Notes under the pieces: model-generated | Told to the model about the DNA's origin: nothing | The model's database searches: none | Seen by the model: the letters and a program-made list of their open reading frames with translations, nothing else | Translations under genes and position numbers: made by a program | NCBI GenBank assembly: GCA_965217185.1 | Contig: OZ244252.1 | Location: forward strand, 1,344,001-1,408,000 | Direction: 5' to 3' | Length of the DNA: 64,000 nt | Source: an uncultured Candidatus Entotheonella sp. | Lineage (GTDB): Bacteria > Tectomicrobia > Entotheonellia > Entotheonellales > Entotheonellaceae | Part shown: positions 50,140-61,319 of the stretch, piece by piece | Position numbering within the stretch: the first letter of the stretch is position 1 | How the letters are laid out: each line of letters opens with the position of its first letter

Positions 50140-50409
50140 TTATCCCCTTGCCGTGCCCCAGGCCGGCGGCGTAGATGGTGGGCTCGCGGTCGGCCACCTC
50201 GCCGTGCCAGGCTTCGTCCACATGTTCAGCGTCCAGGTGTCCTTGAACGCCGCACCAGCGGCTTCGGAACCGATGGGCGCGGCGTCGTTGCGGTTGGCGT
50301 TGAACGGCGGGGCGAGGTAGATCAGGTCAACCGATTCGGAGTTCATGCCGCGCATGATGTCCATGTTGTCGCCCGTGCACATTGTGCGGTTAGACCAGTT
50401 GGGTTGCAT
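50140..50409 (-). pseudogene. Site-specific DNA methyltransferase N-terminal remnant
   Basis: TGDNMDIMRGMNSESVDLIYL(D>A)PPFN...AAFKDTW; frameshifted and truncated. Confidence 0.8.
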
Positions 50410-50473
50410 GTGTCACCCCGGCCCGGAAGCGCCCATCCGATACGATTGGCCAGATGGGCGCTGATGGGAAGAA

Positions 50474-50932
50474 TCATTTGAGGAAGGCGCCATGCTCATC
50501 ACTGCCACCGCCACCGTCGGGCATGTCATGGGATGTAAACGGTTGCTCTGGAGCTATTGGTAGCTCCGGGAAAGGGTCGTCGATAAAAGAAGCATGTGGC
50601 GTAAACAGTTGCTCTGGTGCTGGAGCAGGGTTATCGGGTGTATACAGGTCACCCCCTCCGATTTCCACCGGCATTATGACCGTCTTGAGTACGGCCATTG
50701 CAGGGTTTCCGGTCATCGCTGCTTTCACGACGGCCTTTGATATGCTCTTGATGACGCGCTCCGTCTCGGTGGGACCTTCACTTGGACCTGGGCTCCCCCC
50801 ACCACATCCACCGCCGTCGAGATCGCTACCGCAGTGGGCCTGTAGTCGCTGTGCAGAACTATCGCTTGCCGGTGACAGTGACATGAACACCGCCAACAAC
50901 ACGACCAACAATGCTAGGCGAGTTTGGAACAT
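50474..50932 (-). CDS. Secreted hypothetical protein (152 aa)
   Basis: AGGAGG RBS; signal peptide MFQTRLALLVVLLAVFMSL; acidic Pro-rich tail. Confidence 0.6.
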   Translation of the reverse strand: MFQTRLALLVVLLAVFMSLSPASDSSAQRLQAHCGSDLDGGGCGGGSPGPSEGPTETERVIKSISKAVVKAAMTGNPAMAVLKTVIMPVEIGGGDLYTPDNPAPAPEQLFTPHASFIDDPFPELPIAPEQPFTSHDMPDGGGGSDEHGAFLK

Positions 50933-51101
50933 GCTAGTCCTCCTTCTAAGGGAGTATCCGCGAATGAGTGGCTCCTTAACAACACTCTCAACCTGATCAT
51001 TCCCTCCTTGGAAGGAGCCCGTGATCTGCTGCGGTGACTCACGGCTCCATGGTGCGCACTGCACCGTTTGCGATCAGTCCGATAAAAATGCCGCTACAAT
51101 C

Positions 51102-52597
51102 GAGCCACTTGCAGAATTGCGTGTACGAGTGGGATTTTCTTTCTCCGTGTCAAGCGCGGGGCAGGCTCTGGGGCTGATTGGTGGACATTGGGGCCGCTTT
51201 CTGATTCTGTTGAGTTGTCAAACAACCGAATCAGGAGGAACGACCCCAATGGCCTTACGTGAGATACTATCGAGTTACTGGTCTTGCTTTCAAGCGCTGC
51301 TGTTCCCGCAGCTTGAGGAAACGATCGGGGCGCTGGGGGAACGCCATCAGCGCTTCGTCATGGTGCTCGAATGGGTGCGGGTGGAAACGCTGCTGCCGTA
51401 CCAGCACCGGCGTCGCGGCTGTCCGCCAAGTGACCGCGCGGCCTTAGCCCGCGCCTTCATCGCCAAGGCCGTCTTCGCGCTGGTTAGCACCCGGATGTTG
51501 CTTGATCGTCTGCGCCACGACAGCACCCTGCGCCGGTTGTGCGGCTGGCGTAGCGTCAAGCACATTCCGAGCGAGGCGACGTTTTCACGTGCCTTTGCCG
51601 AATTTGCCGACAGCGCCTTGCCGAGCCACCTGCACGAGGCGCTGATCAAACGCACCCAGGGTGAGCGTCTGGCAGGCCATATTTCACGCGATTCGACGGC
51701 GATTGAAGGGCGCGAGAGACCGACCCCGAAGGCGCCGCAGCCGGCCAAGCCGAAGCGGCGGCGCGGGCGTCCGCGCAAGGGCGAGGAGCGTCCCACGGAG
51801 CCGCGCCGTCTGGAGCGCCAGCGCAACATGACCCTGCCGGAGATGCTCGCCGACTTGCCGTACGCCTGTGACATTGGCGTCAAGCGCGACGCCAAAGGCT
51901 ATCAGACGTCATGGAGCGGCTACAAGTTGCATATTGACGCGGCCGACGGCGCCATCCCGGTCAGTTGCCTGCTTACCTCGGCGTCGCTGCACGACAGCCA
52001 AGTCGCCATCCCGCTGGCGACCCTGACGGCGGAGCGAGTCCGCAACCTGTATGACCTGATGGACAGCGCCTACGATGCCCCGGAAATCCGCGCCCACAGC
52101 CGCGCCCTGGGTCATGTTGCGATCATCGACGTCAACCCCCGCAGCGGCGCGCGCAAGCAGGCGCTGCGGCAGGAGAGGCAGGCACGGCGTGCCTGTGGGT
52201 TGGTCCTGTCTGAGGAGAGACGTTACCACGAACGCTCGACCGTCGAGCGCGTCAATGGTCGCCTCAAGGATGAATTCGGAGGTCGCAGCGTGCGCGTGCG
52301 CGGCCATGCCAAGGTGCTGTGTCATCTGATGTTCGGGATTGTGGCGCTCACGGTTGATCAGTTGATGCGCTTGGTGACCTGAAGCTGGTCTCGCGGTCCC
52401 GTTTCCTCCATCCCGGCACGCGCTGCTGTCCTGTACGCAGGGGGGAGAGTTGCGTCCGCATCGCAAGACGGGAGCCGGAACTCGGCACCGCCATGGCTGA
52501 ATTCGTGGCAATTGGAACCACCGACGGCAAATGATTCACCGTACGGTCTCATGACAACCGCTCCGAGGCCAAACTAGCGGAGTTTTGCAAGTGGCTC
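51102..52597 (+). mobile_element. Complete IS (IS1182/IS5-like DDE), 1496 bp
   Basis: Ends GAGCCACTTGCA...TGCAAGTGGCTC flanked by AATC duplication. Confidence 0.9.
51249..52382 (+). CDS. Transposase (intact)
   Basis: PSEATFSRAF, SRDSTAI, GYKLH, MDSAYD, ERSTVERVN; AGGAGG RBS. Confidence 0.92.
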   Translation: MALREILSSYWSCFQALLFPQLEETIGALGERHQRFVMVLEWVRVETLLPYQHRRRGCPPSDRAALARAFIAKAVFALVSTRMLLDRLRHDSTLRRLCGWRSVKHIPSEATFSRAFAEFADSALPSHLHEALIKRTQGERLAGHISRDSTAIEGRERPTPKAPQPAKPKRRRGRPRKGEERPTEPRRLERQRNMTLPEMLADLPYACDIGVKRDAKGYQTSWSGYKLHIDAADGAIPVSCLLTSASLHDSQVAIPLATLTAERVRNLYDLMDSAYDAPEIRAHSRALGHVAIIDVNPRSGARKQALRQERQARRACGLVLSEERRYHERSTVERVNGRLKDEFGGRSVRVRGHAKVLCHLMFGIVALTVDQLMRLVT

Positions 52598-52638
52598 AAT
52601 CAACACGACAATCACTATAACGAAAACAAAATAGCCGA

Positions 52639-53946
52639 TAAGGACTCTCGCCAAAATAGATCATTGATTAGCGTCTTGGGGACACCGTATAGTTCCACTC
52701 CCCATGGAACTTATCGCGTTCGATAGCAATTCTCGCCAGCTGGGCCTCCGTCACCTCTCGACCCGTCGGATAGCTCCCGTCGTCCAACTCCGCCTGTATC
52801 TCCAGACCGCCCTTCGTAGTCGTGTTGCCGATCAAGTTCACCACCGCCTCACGGCTTACCAACGGGCGTCCACGCCAGTTCTCGGTAATGTGACAGAACA
52901 TCCGGTGCTTGATCTTGTTCCACTTGCTCGTTCCGGGTGGGAAATGGCACACCGATATCGCCAGTCCCAGCTCATCGGCGAGCCGCTGCAGCTCCAACTT
53001 CCACAGACGGTTGCGGCTGGCGTTGGAGCCGCCACCGGCCGCCGTGATCAGCAAGCGCTGTACCCCGCCATAGACACGCCATCCCATCTGCCGCCACCAA
53101 CGCCGAATCGTCTCCACCGCAAACGCCGCCGTGTCGTGGTCCACCCCGACACTGACCCAGCCCTCGTTGGCCACCAAGTCGTACACCCCGTAAGGAATCG
53201 CCTTGCCCAACTCCTTGTCCGGGAAGTCGTACACCTTCACTTCCTCCGGCCGCCCCTGCGGTCGCCATTCTCGCCCGCCGTTGCGGTACTGGCCTAGCAA
53301 TTCCTTCTTCTCCGTGTCTACCGATATCACCGGCTGACCCTGATCCTGGAACGCTTGGCAGCGTTCGTTGATATGTGCAAACTGAGCGTCCCGATCAGGA
53401 TGCTGGCGGCCTTCCAGCGTCTTGCGGTTCGTCTGCAACCGGTAGCCCAACTCGTGCAGCATCCGGTTCACCGTCCGTTCACTCACCGGATGACCCTGCG
53501 CTTGCAGTTGCGCGGCCAACTTCGCTGCACTTTTGCAGGTCCAGCGCAACGGACTTGTCGGATCACCACGGCTGAGTGGTTCAACCAACTGCTCCAACGC
53601 CGTGCGCAGGTCCGGGTCCTGTTCGCTCAGCCGCTTGCGGCCCCCGCCCGCTCGGCGTTGCCGTCCCGCTGGCGCCGCTGGCGGACCCTGCGATTGCGTA
53701 GCGCCCAGTTCCTGCAAGCCTGCGCGTACCGTGCTGCGTGCGATGCCGGTCGCCTGGAACACCCGTTGATCCCGCCACGACCGATGGCGCGGGCTTCGGT
53801 CGCCGCCCATCGACGCCGGCCTCGTTCGTCCAACAACGGCTTCAGTGCCTCGAACTTCTCTTTGATGGTCTGCGACACGGCGTTCATCCGCACAGCATAC
53901 CAGGTTATTCCGTAAAAATGGATGATCTAATTTGGCGAGAATCCTT
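52639..53946 (-). mobile_element. ISAzo13-family element; transposase frameshifted near 53770
   Basis: Ends TAAGGACTCTCGCCAAA...TTTGGCGAGAATCCTTA; RGDPTSPLRWTCKS, HPDRDAQF, PPGTSKWNKI, FHGEWNY. Confidence 0.9.
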
Positions 53947-53985
53947 AGTATGGAAGTGGTGAAGGGTCAGGAACGGGATAAAGGG

Positions 53986-56268
53986 TTACCCGCTGAGAAA
54001 TGGCAGGGCAATCGGCAGCGTATTCTTCACCGCGAACAAAAGGTGGACCAGCATGAATATGCCTAAGGCCCATTCGATATAGGCGATCCACAACACTGCA
54101 TGCCAACATGGATAGGTAGTTCCGAACCCCAGTTTGAAGAACGCCCGCCCCGAGAGGTACATTGCGTCTCTAAGGGGATGTATGGACCGCGTCTGCTTGT
54201 CAATACTCGCGAGAAATTGTTCGAATGGACGGAAACGTAGGGCGTGCCTTGGCTCTGGAGGGGGAGCCAGACTGACAAGTAGCTGCTGCTTCTTGATGCT
54301 GATCTGTATGTAGAAACAGAGCCAGTAGAGGATAGTGAAGAGCAACACGAGAACGACGGATAGTAGACCGACCCGAAGGGGGTCGATTCCATAACGAGAA
54401 GGGACATCCATCAGAATCCAAGGCACCCAGCTTTTCATCTTGGCGTTTTCAGTATCCCGGGCCGCTACCATCCCGAGATACCAAGCCTCGTTTTCACTTC
54501 TCCTGTTGTTCCCTTCTCGGAACGACAATTCGAGGGTTTTATAGATTTTTGAAAGCTGTTCATTTTTATCTTGCGATCTATCCAAGTCGGCACACGAGAA
54601 TGATTTACGCCGTTCGATTTTGACGGCTCGAATACGACTTTCTTCTAAAGGAAAAGAGGGAGACAGATTGTGGAAGACCCTCCCGAGTTGTTCGCCGTAC
54701 AGGTGTTCCCCGTCCATGACAAGTCTGCTGATGTGATTGAATGAAAGGCACAGACGGGATTTCTTTTCCAGTTCGTCGTTATCCGTTTTCCTATTTTGGA
54801 ATATCGCACTTGTGAGATCCCACAAACCGCGAAAACGGTTCCGGACGAAGATAGCATCATTCCAGAATCTGGTACGGAGGAAGTCTGCCGCCTTCTCGAA
54901 TATGACGTTCTCGAATACGACCTTTCCTGTTCCACCGAGTTCGGCATAGGACAAATCAACCAAATCAGAAAAGAAGACATTGTTGATTACAACGCTCTTA
55001 AGCTCCGCTTCACGCCCATCGAAGATACCTTCGACGCTTGAGGGGCGATTGTCACTGTCCCATCGAAGAGCTTCGATTACGGCATTACGGAAATCTGCTC
55101 TTCCTTTCCAATTTGTGCCTTTCAGGAAAATGCCCCTTTTGACGTGCGTCGATCGAAAATTCGAATCCCCACCGAAAGTGGTGTTATGGAAGTCAGCGTT
55201 ACCCTTGAATCTGGTGTTACCAAAATCTGCGAAATCGCGGAAGGCGACGTGGCGAAAGTGTGAGTCGCCGTAGAAATTGGCGCCATTAAAATCAGCGCGA
55301 TGGAGGAAGGTGGCTCTCCGGAAGCGTGCATTGTTGCCGAACTTGGTGCGATCAAAGTCAGTCTGGTCCTCGAAGATGGCATTATGAAATTGAGCTTCGT
55401 TGCCGAATGTGGCGTCTTCGAAGTCAGCGTGGGAACCGAAAGTGGCGTTATTGAAGCCGGCGTGAGAGCCAAAGGTTGCGGTATTGAAGCGAGCGCCATC
55501 GCCGAAGCTGGTCCCATTAAAATGAGCCAAATCACCAAAGGTGGCACTGCCAAAAGAGGCGGATCTGCTGAACGTGACGAAACCAAAGTAAGCGAAATCG
55601 CCGAAAGTGGCATGACGAAAGTGAGCGTCATCCCCGAAGTTGGTATGAGTAAAATTAGCGTGGTCGCCGAGATTGGCGTAATCAAAGACAATGGGGCCGA
55701 CAAATTTGGTATGCATGAAGTTGATTTCGGCCTCAAAGGTAACACGCTTAGCCGAAACTGACGGCCCCAAAGTAACGTCTGTCCATTCAATGGGTGCGGT
55801 AATAACGTATCTGACGTCCTCGCCGGGTTTTGCTATCCTCCGCGCCGCAAGTTTCGCCATGTTGATCGATCCTTCTTCTCCGAAAGACCACAGGACGCTG
55901 GCTTGAATTCGAAGACCCTTCTTCTGGGCCGAGACTTCTTTCCATGCCGTTGCGTACTGGTCGAAATCCACGATGTGATTTATGAGTGGTTCGCCGTCTG
56001 TCAGACAGCGCTTGATGTGCACCGGCTTTAGGCGGACGCCATTTAGTTTCTCCACTATCGTCGGATTGCTTTGAATCTCCTGTGGCAGCATGGGCTCGCC
56101 CCTGCCGTTTCTGGGGATTACAGACTCAGCTTCACCGTTGTCGCAGGGCACAGCCTGCGAGAGGGCAGGCTGCGAGTGCACGAAAATGAGAAAAATTAGG
56201 ACGACAATAATGGCAATTAGCGGGATTCGCGTCTGGATAATGTTCCACTCCAGAAGAGTTGAAGACAC
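53986..56268 (-). CDS. Pentapeptide-repeat protein with N-terminal signal/TM and C-terminal two-TM channel-like domain
   Basis: 11-residue AxFxxAxF periodicity over about 200 aa; YGIDP-TM...YLSGRAFFKLGFG...TM; start uncertain. Confidence 0.8.
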   Translation of the reverse strand: MSSTLLEWNIIQTRIPLIAIIVVLIFLIFVHSQPALSQAVPCDNGEAESVIPRNGRGEPMLPQEIQSNPTIVEKLNGVRLKPVHIKRCLTDGEPLINHIVDFDQYATAWKEVSAQKKGLRIQASVLWSFGEEGSINMAKLAARRIAKPGEDVRYVITAPIEWTDVTLGPSVSAKRVTFEAEINFMHTKFVGPIVFDYANLGDHANFTHTNFGDDAHFRHATFGDFAYFGFVTFSRSASFGSATFGDLAHFNGTSFGDGARFNTATFGSHAGFNNATFGSHADFEDATFGNEAQFHNAIFEDQTDFDRTKFGNNARFRRATFLHRADFNGANFYGDSHFRHVAFRDFADFGNTRFKGNADFHNTTFGGDSNFRSTHVKRGIFLKGTNWKGRADFRNAVIEALRWDSDNRPSSVEGIFDGREAELKSVVINNVFFSDLVDLSYAELGGTGKVVFENVIFEKAADFLRTRFWNDAIFVRNRFRGLWDLTSAIFQNRKTDNDELEKKSRLCLSFNHISRLVMDGEHLYGEQLGRVFHNLSPSFPLEESRIRAVKIERRKSFSCADLDRSQDKNEQLSKIYKTLELSFREGNNRRSENEAWYLGMVAARDTENAKMKSWVPWILMDVPSRYGIDPLRVGLLSVVLVLLFTILYWLCFYIQISIKKQQLLVSLAPPPEPRHALRFRPFEQFLASIDKQTRSIHPLRDAMYLSGRAFFKLGFGTTYPCWHAVLWIAYIEWALGIFMLVHLLFAVKNTLPIALPFLSG

Positions 56269-56324
56269 AGGCCGCTTGGTCCGACACGACTGTCCGCGGA
56301 CTGTACACCTATTAAGGTTTGGTA

Positions 56325-56445
56325 TTAATGTGCGTTTCGTTTGAGATTAAGAATTTTTCCGAGTTGAGGTGCCCGTGAAGCCGTTTTGGCCAGAACCGGG
56401 CAAGCCTTCCCGAAAATTCTTGGTATCAAAGTGAACGCACTTTAG
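56325..56445. mobile_element. MITE family B, short copy
   Basis: TAATGTGCGTTT...TTGAGATTAAGAATTTT and AAAATTCTTGGTATCAAA...AACGCACTTTAG; ends resemble 43689-43933. Confidence 0.6.
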
Positions 56446-56458
56446 ATACGGAGCTGCT

Positions 56459-57512
56459 CTAACCGAAGAACGCGAAATCTTCGGTGTTGTGGAACGGAAA
56501 CCGCAGCGCGCCCCAAGAGTTCTCGATGCCGAGGTAACGGCGCAGCGCCTTGTGGACGTGCTTCGGGTAGATGATCGTCCCGCCCTGATCGTTGCGGCGC
56601 AGGTTGTGCGGGTCGATCCGGTAGCCGAAATGCAGTTCGTCGGTCTCCCCTACCACCCGGTTGGTCCAGCGCTGGTTCTTCTCCATGACGATGTAGCTGC
56701 CGATGGGCCAGTGATCCTTGCCCGCCACCGCGTTGTAGAAATTGGTGCGGCCGAAGTCCGAACCCATCACCACCACCAGGCGGTCGGCCACGCCGTGTAT
56801 TTCGGCGTACTCCCACAGGTAGTCTACCGAAGCGGTCAGGTTGCCCAGGAGCCATTCATGCTCCGGGTCGTGGTTGTCGTGCGTATCGAAGCCGCCCAAC
56901 CACAAATCCGCGCTCACCGCGACACCCGTCTTGAACGCCAGCACTGCCAACTGCGCCTGTTGGCGCAAAGAACTGTAGTGGTCATTTGGCCCCGCCTCCC
57001 TTCGCTCAAGTTCATCCTCGGGCGGAATCGCATCCACGTACGCCTTCAGTCCCTCGGTGGGCGAGCGCCGAGCGGTAGATGTTCAAGTGACGCTCATCGG
57101 CCGGCAACGGATTCGGTGTCGCTGCCAGATGCTCCGCGGTGGCCGACCGATACGACTTCAGGGCCTCCCAATTCGCACCACTGATTATCCGTTCTTCCAG
57201 ATTCCAGATCTTGCCCCCCGGGTCGGCAACGGCGCGCAGCAGGTCGGCCCTGTCGATCCGAGTAAATCGCGTCACGCCGGCGGTCTGGGAGTAACCGCCA
57301 AAGCTCAGATAGGGAATCGGCAGGGCCGGCGCGTAGTAGGCGGCGAGCAGCGCGCTCAGCGTCGGATAGCCGTCGGAATTCCGCCCGCTCCAGTTGTGCA
57401 CGATGCCCACGGTGTGCGAGTTCGTCTGCGCGTCCACGCCGTTGATGACCAGCATGTGCTGGTAGTACTTCTCGAAGAACGTCACGTTGTTGGCAAAGGG
57501 GGCGTAGAATCT
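56459..57512 (-). pseudogene. DUF1501-family protein, 5' truncated and frameshifted near 57058
   Basis: INGVDAQTNSH, GGFDTHDNH, MGSDFGRT, GKDHWP. Confidence 0.8.
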
Positions 57513-57725
57513 GCAAAGGCCACGAGGTGCGGCCCCCAGACCGGGGAAGAAAGGGGTGACTGCTGTATCCCCTCCGCCCTCTCCAGTGCTGTGCCAGACC
57601 CCTGCGGCGCCATGCGAAGGACCGCAGGGTGACCGCGCAATTGCGCATCAGAGCAGCGTGGCCTGCGATCATCACCACGCGACCCCTCACGCGCCCCTGG
57701 TCAACGATGCCGGACGGCACGCGAC

Positions 57726-59607
57726 TCACGGCTCCTTGTGCGCCCCGAAAGAGCCAGCGAAGCTTTCTGCGCGGTGCGTTTCGCCGTTGTGCCGCCACGC
57801 CGTGAAGGCCCCGGCGAAGGATGTCGGATGATCCGTCGCAACCCTTCCGTTGCCGCCGAAGATGCCGCCCCAAGACACCCAATAGTCCTCATGGTTAGCC
57901 TCGCCTCGAATCACCCCACCGTCAGATTCGGGAAATATGTTCTGCACGCCTGATGGATCGTCGTAACGTTTGCTTGACAGCTCAAGCTCGTCAACCGGCG
58001 TCGGCCTGCCGCTGTCAAGGGCGATGTTGAACACCCGCCCGCTGACGGTGCCGAAATCAGCGTCGGTACCGAAATCGGCGTTTAGCTCCACGTCGGCGCC
58101 GAAGTCGTCAACGTCATAGCTGGCTGCGTAGATACCCCGAGCCTTGCCGGTGTATTGCGCCGTACCCGCAAGCGCCATCAGATTGCCGGCGTCGAATGGC
58201 TCCCCGACGGTAGCGAACAGGCCGAACTCATAGGCATGCACTTCAGTCCAGTCCTCTGGCATGTATCGCCAATTCCCGAAACTCAGGTAATCCGCGGCAG
58301 GTACCGGATGCGGCTTTATCCCTTCCCCTGGGATTTCCGTTTCGGGACTACTACCGTCATCAGGGGTAAAGATGATGCTGAGTAGATTTGGCTCATATCT
58401 GTCGCGGTGGCCGGGTGACATCGCCATGCCACAACCGGATTGAGAGTCCAAGCACATGTAATGTCCTGGGACGCCATCTAAGGTGCCATGCAACCCAGCT
58501 TCAGGAAGGTTGAAATACTGGTAATCCCGGTCAGCCGGCAGAGGGTCAATGTCGTCCAGGGTAATCTCATGCTGGAAGTCATCGCGGACATTCGGCTGTG
58601 CGAGATTGTCAGAGGCATCGGCATCCGTGTAGAAATCGACTCTGAGCGTGCCCCCATCGTCATACACCTTTGTCGCCTGAATGCCTTGCCAATCGGCGCC
58701 AAGCCGTGAATCTTCGAGTGCCCGCACTGTCGTCGTGACGCCAGGCTGCTCGTCTCCTACTTCGGTGGTATCAATGAATCTTCCCGGATGGACTGCCACG
58801 GGAGTGGTCTGAACCTCACGCCCCCCTCCCTGGGAGGTGCCGATATCCACATAGAACTCCAGGTCGCCATCGGGGTTTATCCATGGGGCGCTATGGAATG
58901 CCGATCCATACCTGGGATGACCTACTACCCATGTTGCGTTGTCGTTTGACCACCAGGGTTGCCCTTGCAGGCTGAATTTCCAGCTTTCCGCAGCCATGAC
59001 GTGCGCCGCGACCGCCGCGCCGCCGACTTGCATATCGGCCACGGCGCCTCGCTCGGCAGCCTTTCGGACGGCCTCAGCCGTCTCGAGGTCCTGCGTCAAC
59101 GTCTCCAACTGTGCCCGCAAGTCTTCCAGGTCCTGATCGGTAATGTCTCCCCGCCCGGACAATTCCGCAACCTCGTCCCGGAGCTCTTGAAGCGCCTGCG
59201 GGGTGATGTCTGGCCGGCCCATCAGTTCTTGTACTCGGCCCCGGAGATCAGCCAGGGCCTGCGGCGTGATATCCGCCCGACCCATCAGCGTCTGCACCTG
59301 GTCCTGAAGGTCTTGCAGGTCCTGGGCGGTAATGTCCGGCCTGCCGATGAGAGTGGCGATCTGGGATTGCAGCGCCGCCACGGCATCGGGAGTAAGGTCG
59401 GCTCTCTGTGCCAACTCTTCGATCTGCAGGCGCAACGACGCGATTAATTCCTGCGCTTCCGCTCCCGCTTGATTGGCCATGTCGAGTTGCCCTTCCAATT
59501 CCCTTGTCTTGCCGTCATCGGAACTCGAACAACCCATCACTGCCACGCAGAACACGACCACCGAACAAACCATCACGATATTACGGGGGGGGGGGGGATA
59601 ACATCAT
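57726..59607 (-). CDS. Surface lipoprotein: 21-aa repeat stalk + transferrin-binding-protein-like C-terminal barrel; out of frame at a C13 tract
   Basis: AGGAGG-7nt-ATG 59607; lipobox VMGC; five R[APG]D[IL]T repeats; YLSFGNW, GTAQYTGKARG, LNADF, AGSFGA. Confidence 0.8.
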
Positions 59608-59659
59608 TGGAAGTCCTCCTTTGACCATTTAAAGCCCCAGTTCGCGATCACCTTGCCTT

Positions 59660-59810
59660 AGAGTCTGTTCCATAAGTCCAGAACGACTCTGTCTTTTTGC
59701 CAATGCCGGGTAAACAACCGCCCTTTTGCGGTACCTTTCATGCCAAACCCCTGGAATCGGTGGAAATCGCACCTGCTATTGAGACGTCACCAACTTTAGG
59801 AACAGGCACT
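59660..59810. mobile_element. IS5-end-derived miniature element
   Basis: AGAGTCTGTTCCATAAGT...ACTTTAGGAACAGGCACT imperfect inverted ends. Confidence 0.45.
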
Positions 59811-59881
59811 CAGTCTATACAAAAAAAACTGAAAATCCATAATACATCCCACATGGGAGTATAAAGAGGGCAGAGTCTGAG

Positions 59882-61315
59882 CTCGACTTTGTACGAATTT
59901 GGTCAAGTCAGTGCGTGTAACAGGCCGATTGCATCAAGCCCTGCAGATAGACCCGAGGGATTTCTACCCACTCGGTATCGGGCGTTGATGTTGAAAAATA
60001 CTCGACCTCCCACAGGTGCTGCCGTACCGCTGCCAAAGCGTCGCTAAACGTCGCCTGCTCCTTGGCATATCAAGCACTCTGTCGCACCGCCAAGCGACCG
60101 TCCAGATACAGGCCATGAGCCAGCAGCGCCACCAGCGAATACAAGCTCAGCAGACACGGCGTGGTCCGTTCAATCGCCAAGTCAGACCACTGACGCTGGG
60201 TCTCAAAGCCCAAGTGGGCACGGCTCTCTTCGAAGGTCGTCTCAATGCTCCAGCGCTTGATGAAAGACGCCACGATATCACCTGCCCGGTCACCGGGACA
60301 CGTCGAGAAGAAGGCCCGTGGCGGGTGCTGAGCGTCACAGGGACGTACCAGGACCCACCGCAGTCCCACTACTGATTTGCAAGCGTCGCACGCGGCCATC
60401 GTACCAGCGTACACTCAGGCACTGCCAGGGAGTCGCCGCGTCGTGCAGGCGCTCGACCAAACTGGGCAGCCGCTTGCCCTTGTGACGGGGTCGTCCCCGC
60501 GTGCCCGGCTGGCGAGGCGGTGGCGCTTCGTGAAGCACCGCATCGAGGCGCAAGGGGGCAATCAGGCGCACCTCACACTGCCGACAGGCATGCCCGAGCT
60601 CGACGACACTGTAGGATTGATCCCCGAGCACGGTGATGGCGACTTGCGGCAACCAACGGCGCACCACCCGAATCATCTGGCGTGCCCACTGGGCGACGGT
60701 CTTGTGTCTCAGTCCCAGGCGCTCACTGACTTGTGGCGTTGGCGCCGGCACGCTCAAGATGGGCAAGGCCCAGCAACGGCTATTCCAGGGTGGCGTGATG
60801 ACCAGGGTCAGCACGATCCAGCGAAGGCCACTGGTGCTGACGGTGCGCTTGCGGCTGGAAGCCAGCGGGTCGCGGTAATGACCGCGCTTGCTGATACGTC
60901 GGCCCCAGCGCCTCTCCAGAGTTTCATCAATGACGAACGTGAGGCTGCCGCCAGCGGCATCGAAGGTCTGCACCAGCATGGATAGCAGACAGCGACTGCC
61001 TTTGAGAGCGGACCAGCGAGCACGATTGAATACCTGATGGTAGAGACTGAACGACGGCGTGTCGTCCTGTCCGGTGTGTCTCAGGGCTGCCGTCACGGTG
61101 CGTCGTCCGTGGGCCAGCAAAGTTCCGATGAAAAGGCGTTGGACTTTGCGCCAAGTGGGTGCGCTAAAGAGACTTTGAAAGGGCGCCAGGAGGGTGCTAG
61201 GGTGTGCTGAAGGGGGCATCGCTGACCTCGCTGCAAGATGGTTGGTGTGGAATCCGTCATCCTACAATACGGCGGCGATGTCCCTGGAGCCCTCCTCATT
61301 TTGTACAAAGTCGAG
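59882..61315 (-). mobile_element. IS701-like element with frameshifted transposase
   Basis: Ends CTCGACTTTGTAC...GTACAAAGTCGAG with CTGAG duplication; VIDETLERR, LGDQSY, RWSIETTFEE. Confidence 0.88.
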
Positions 61316-61319
61316 CTGA

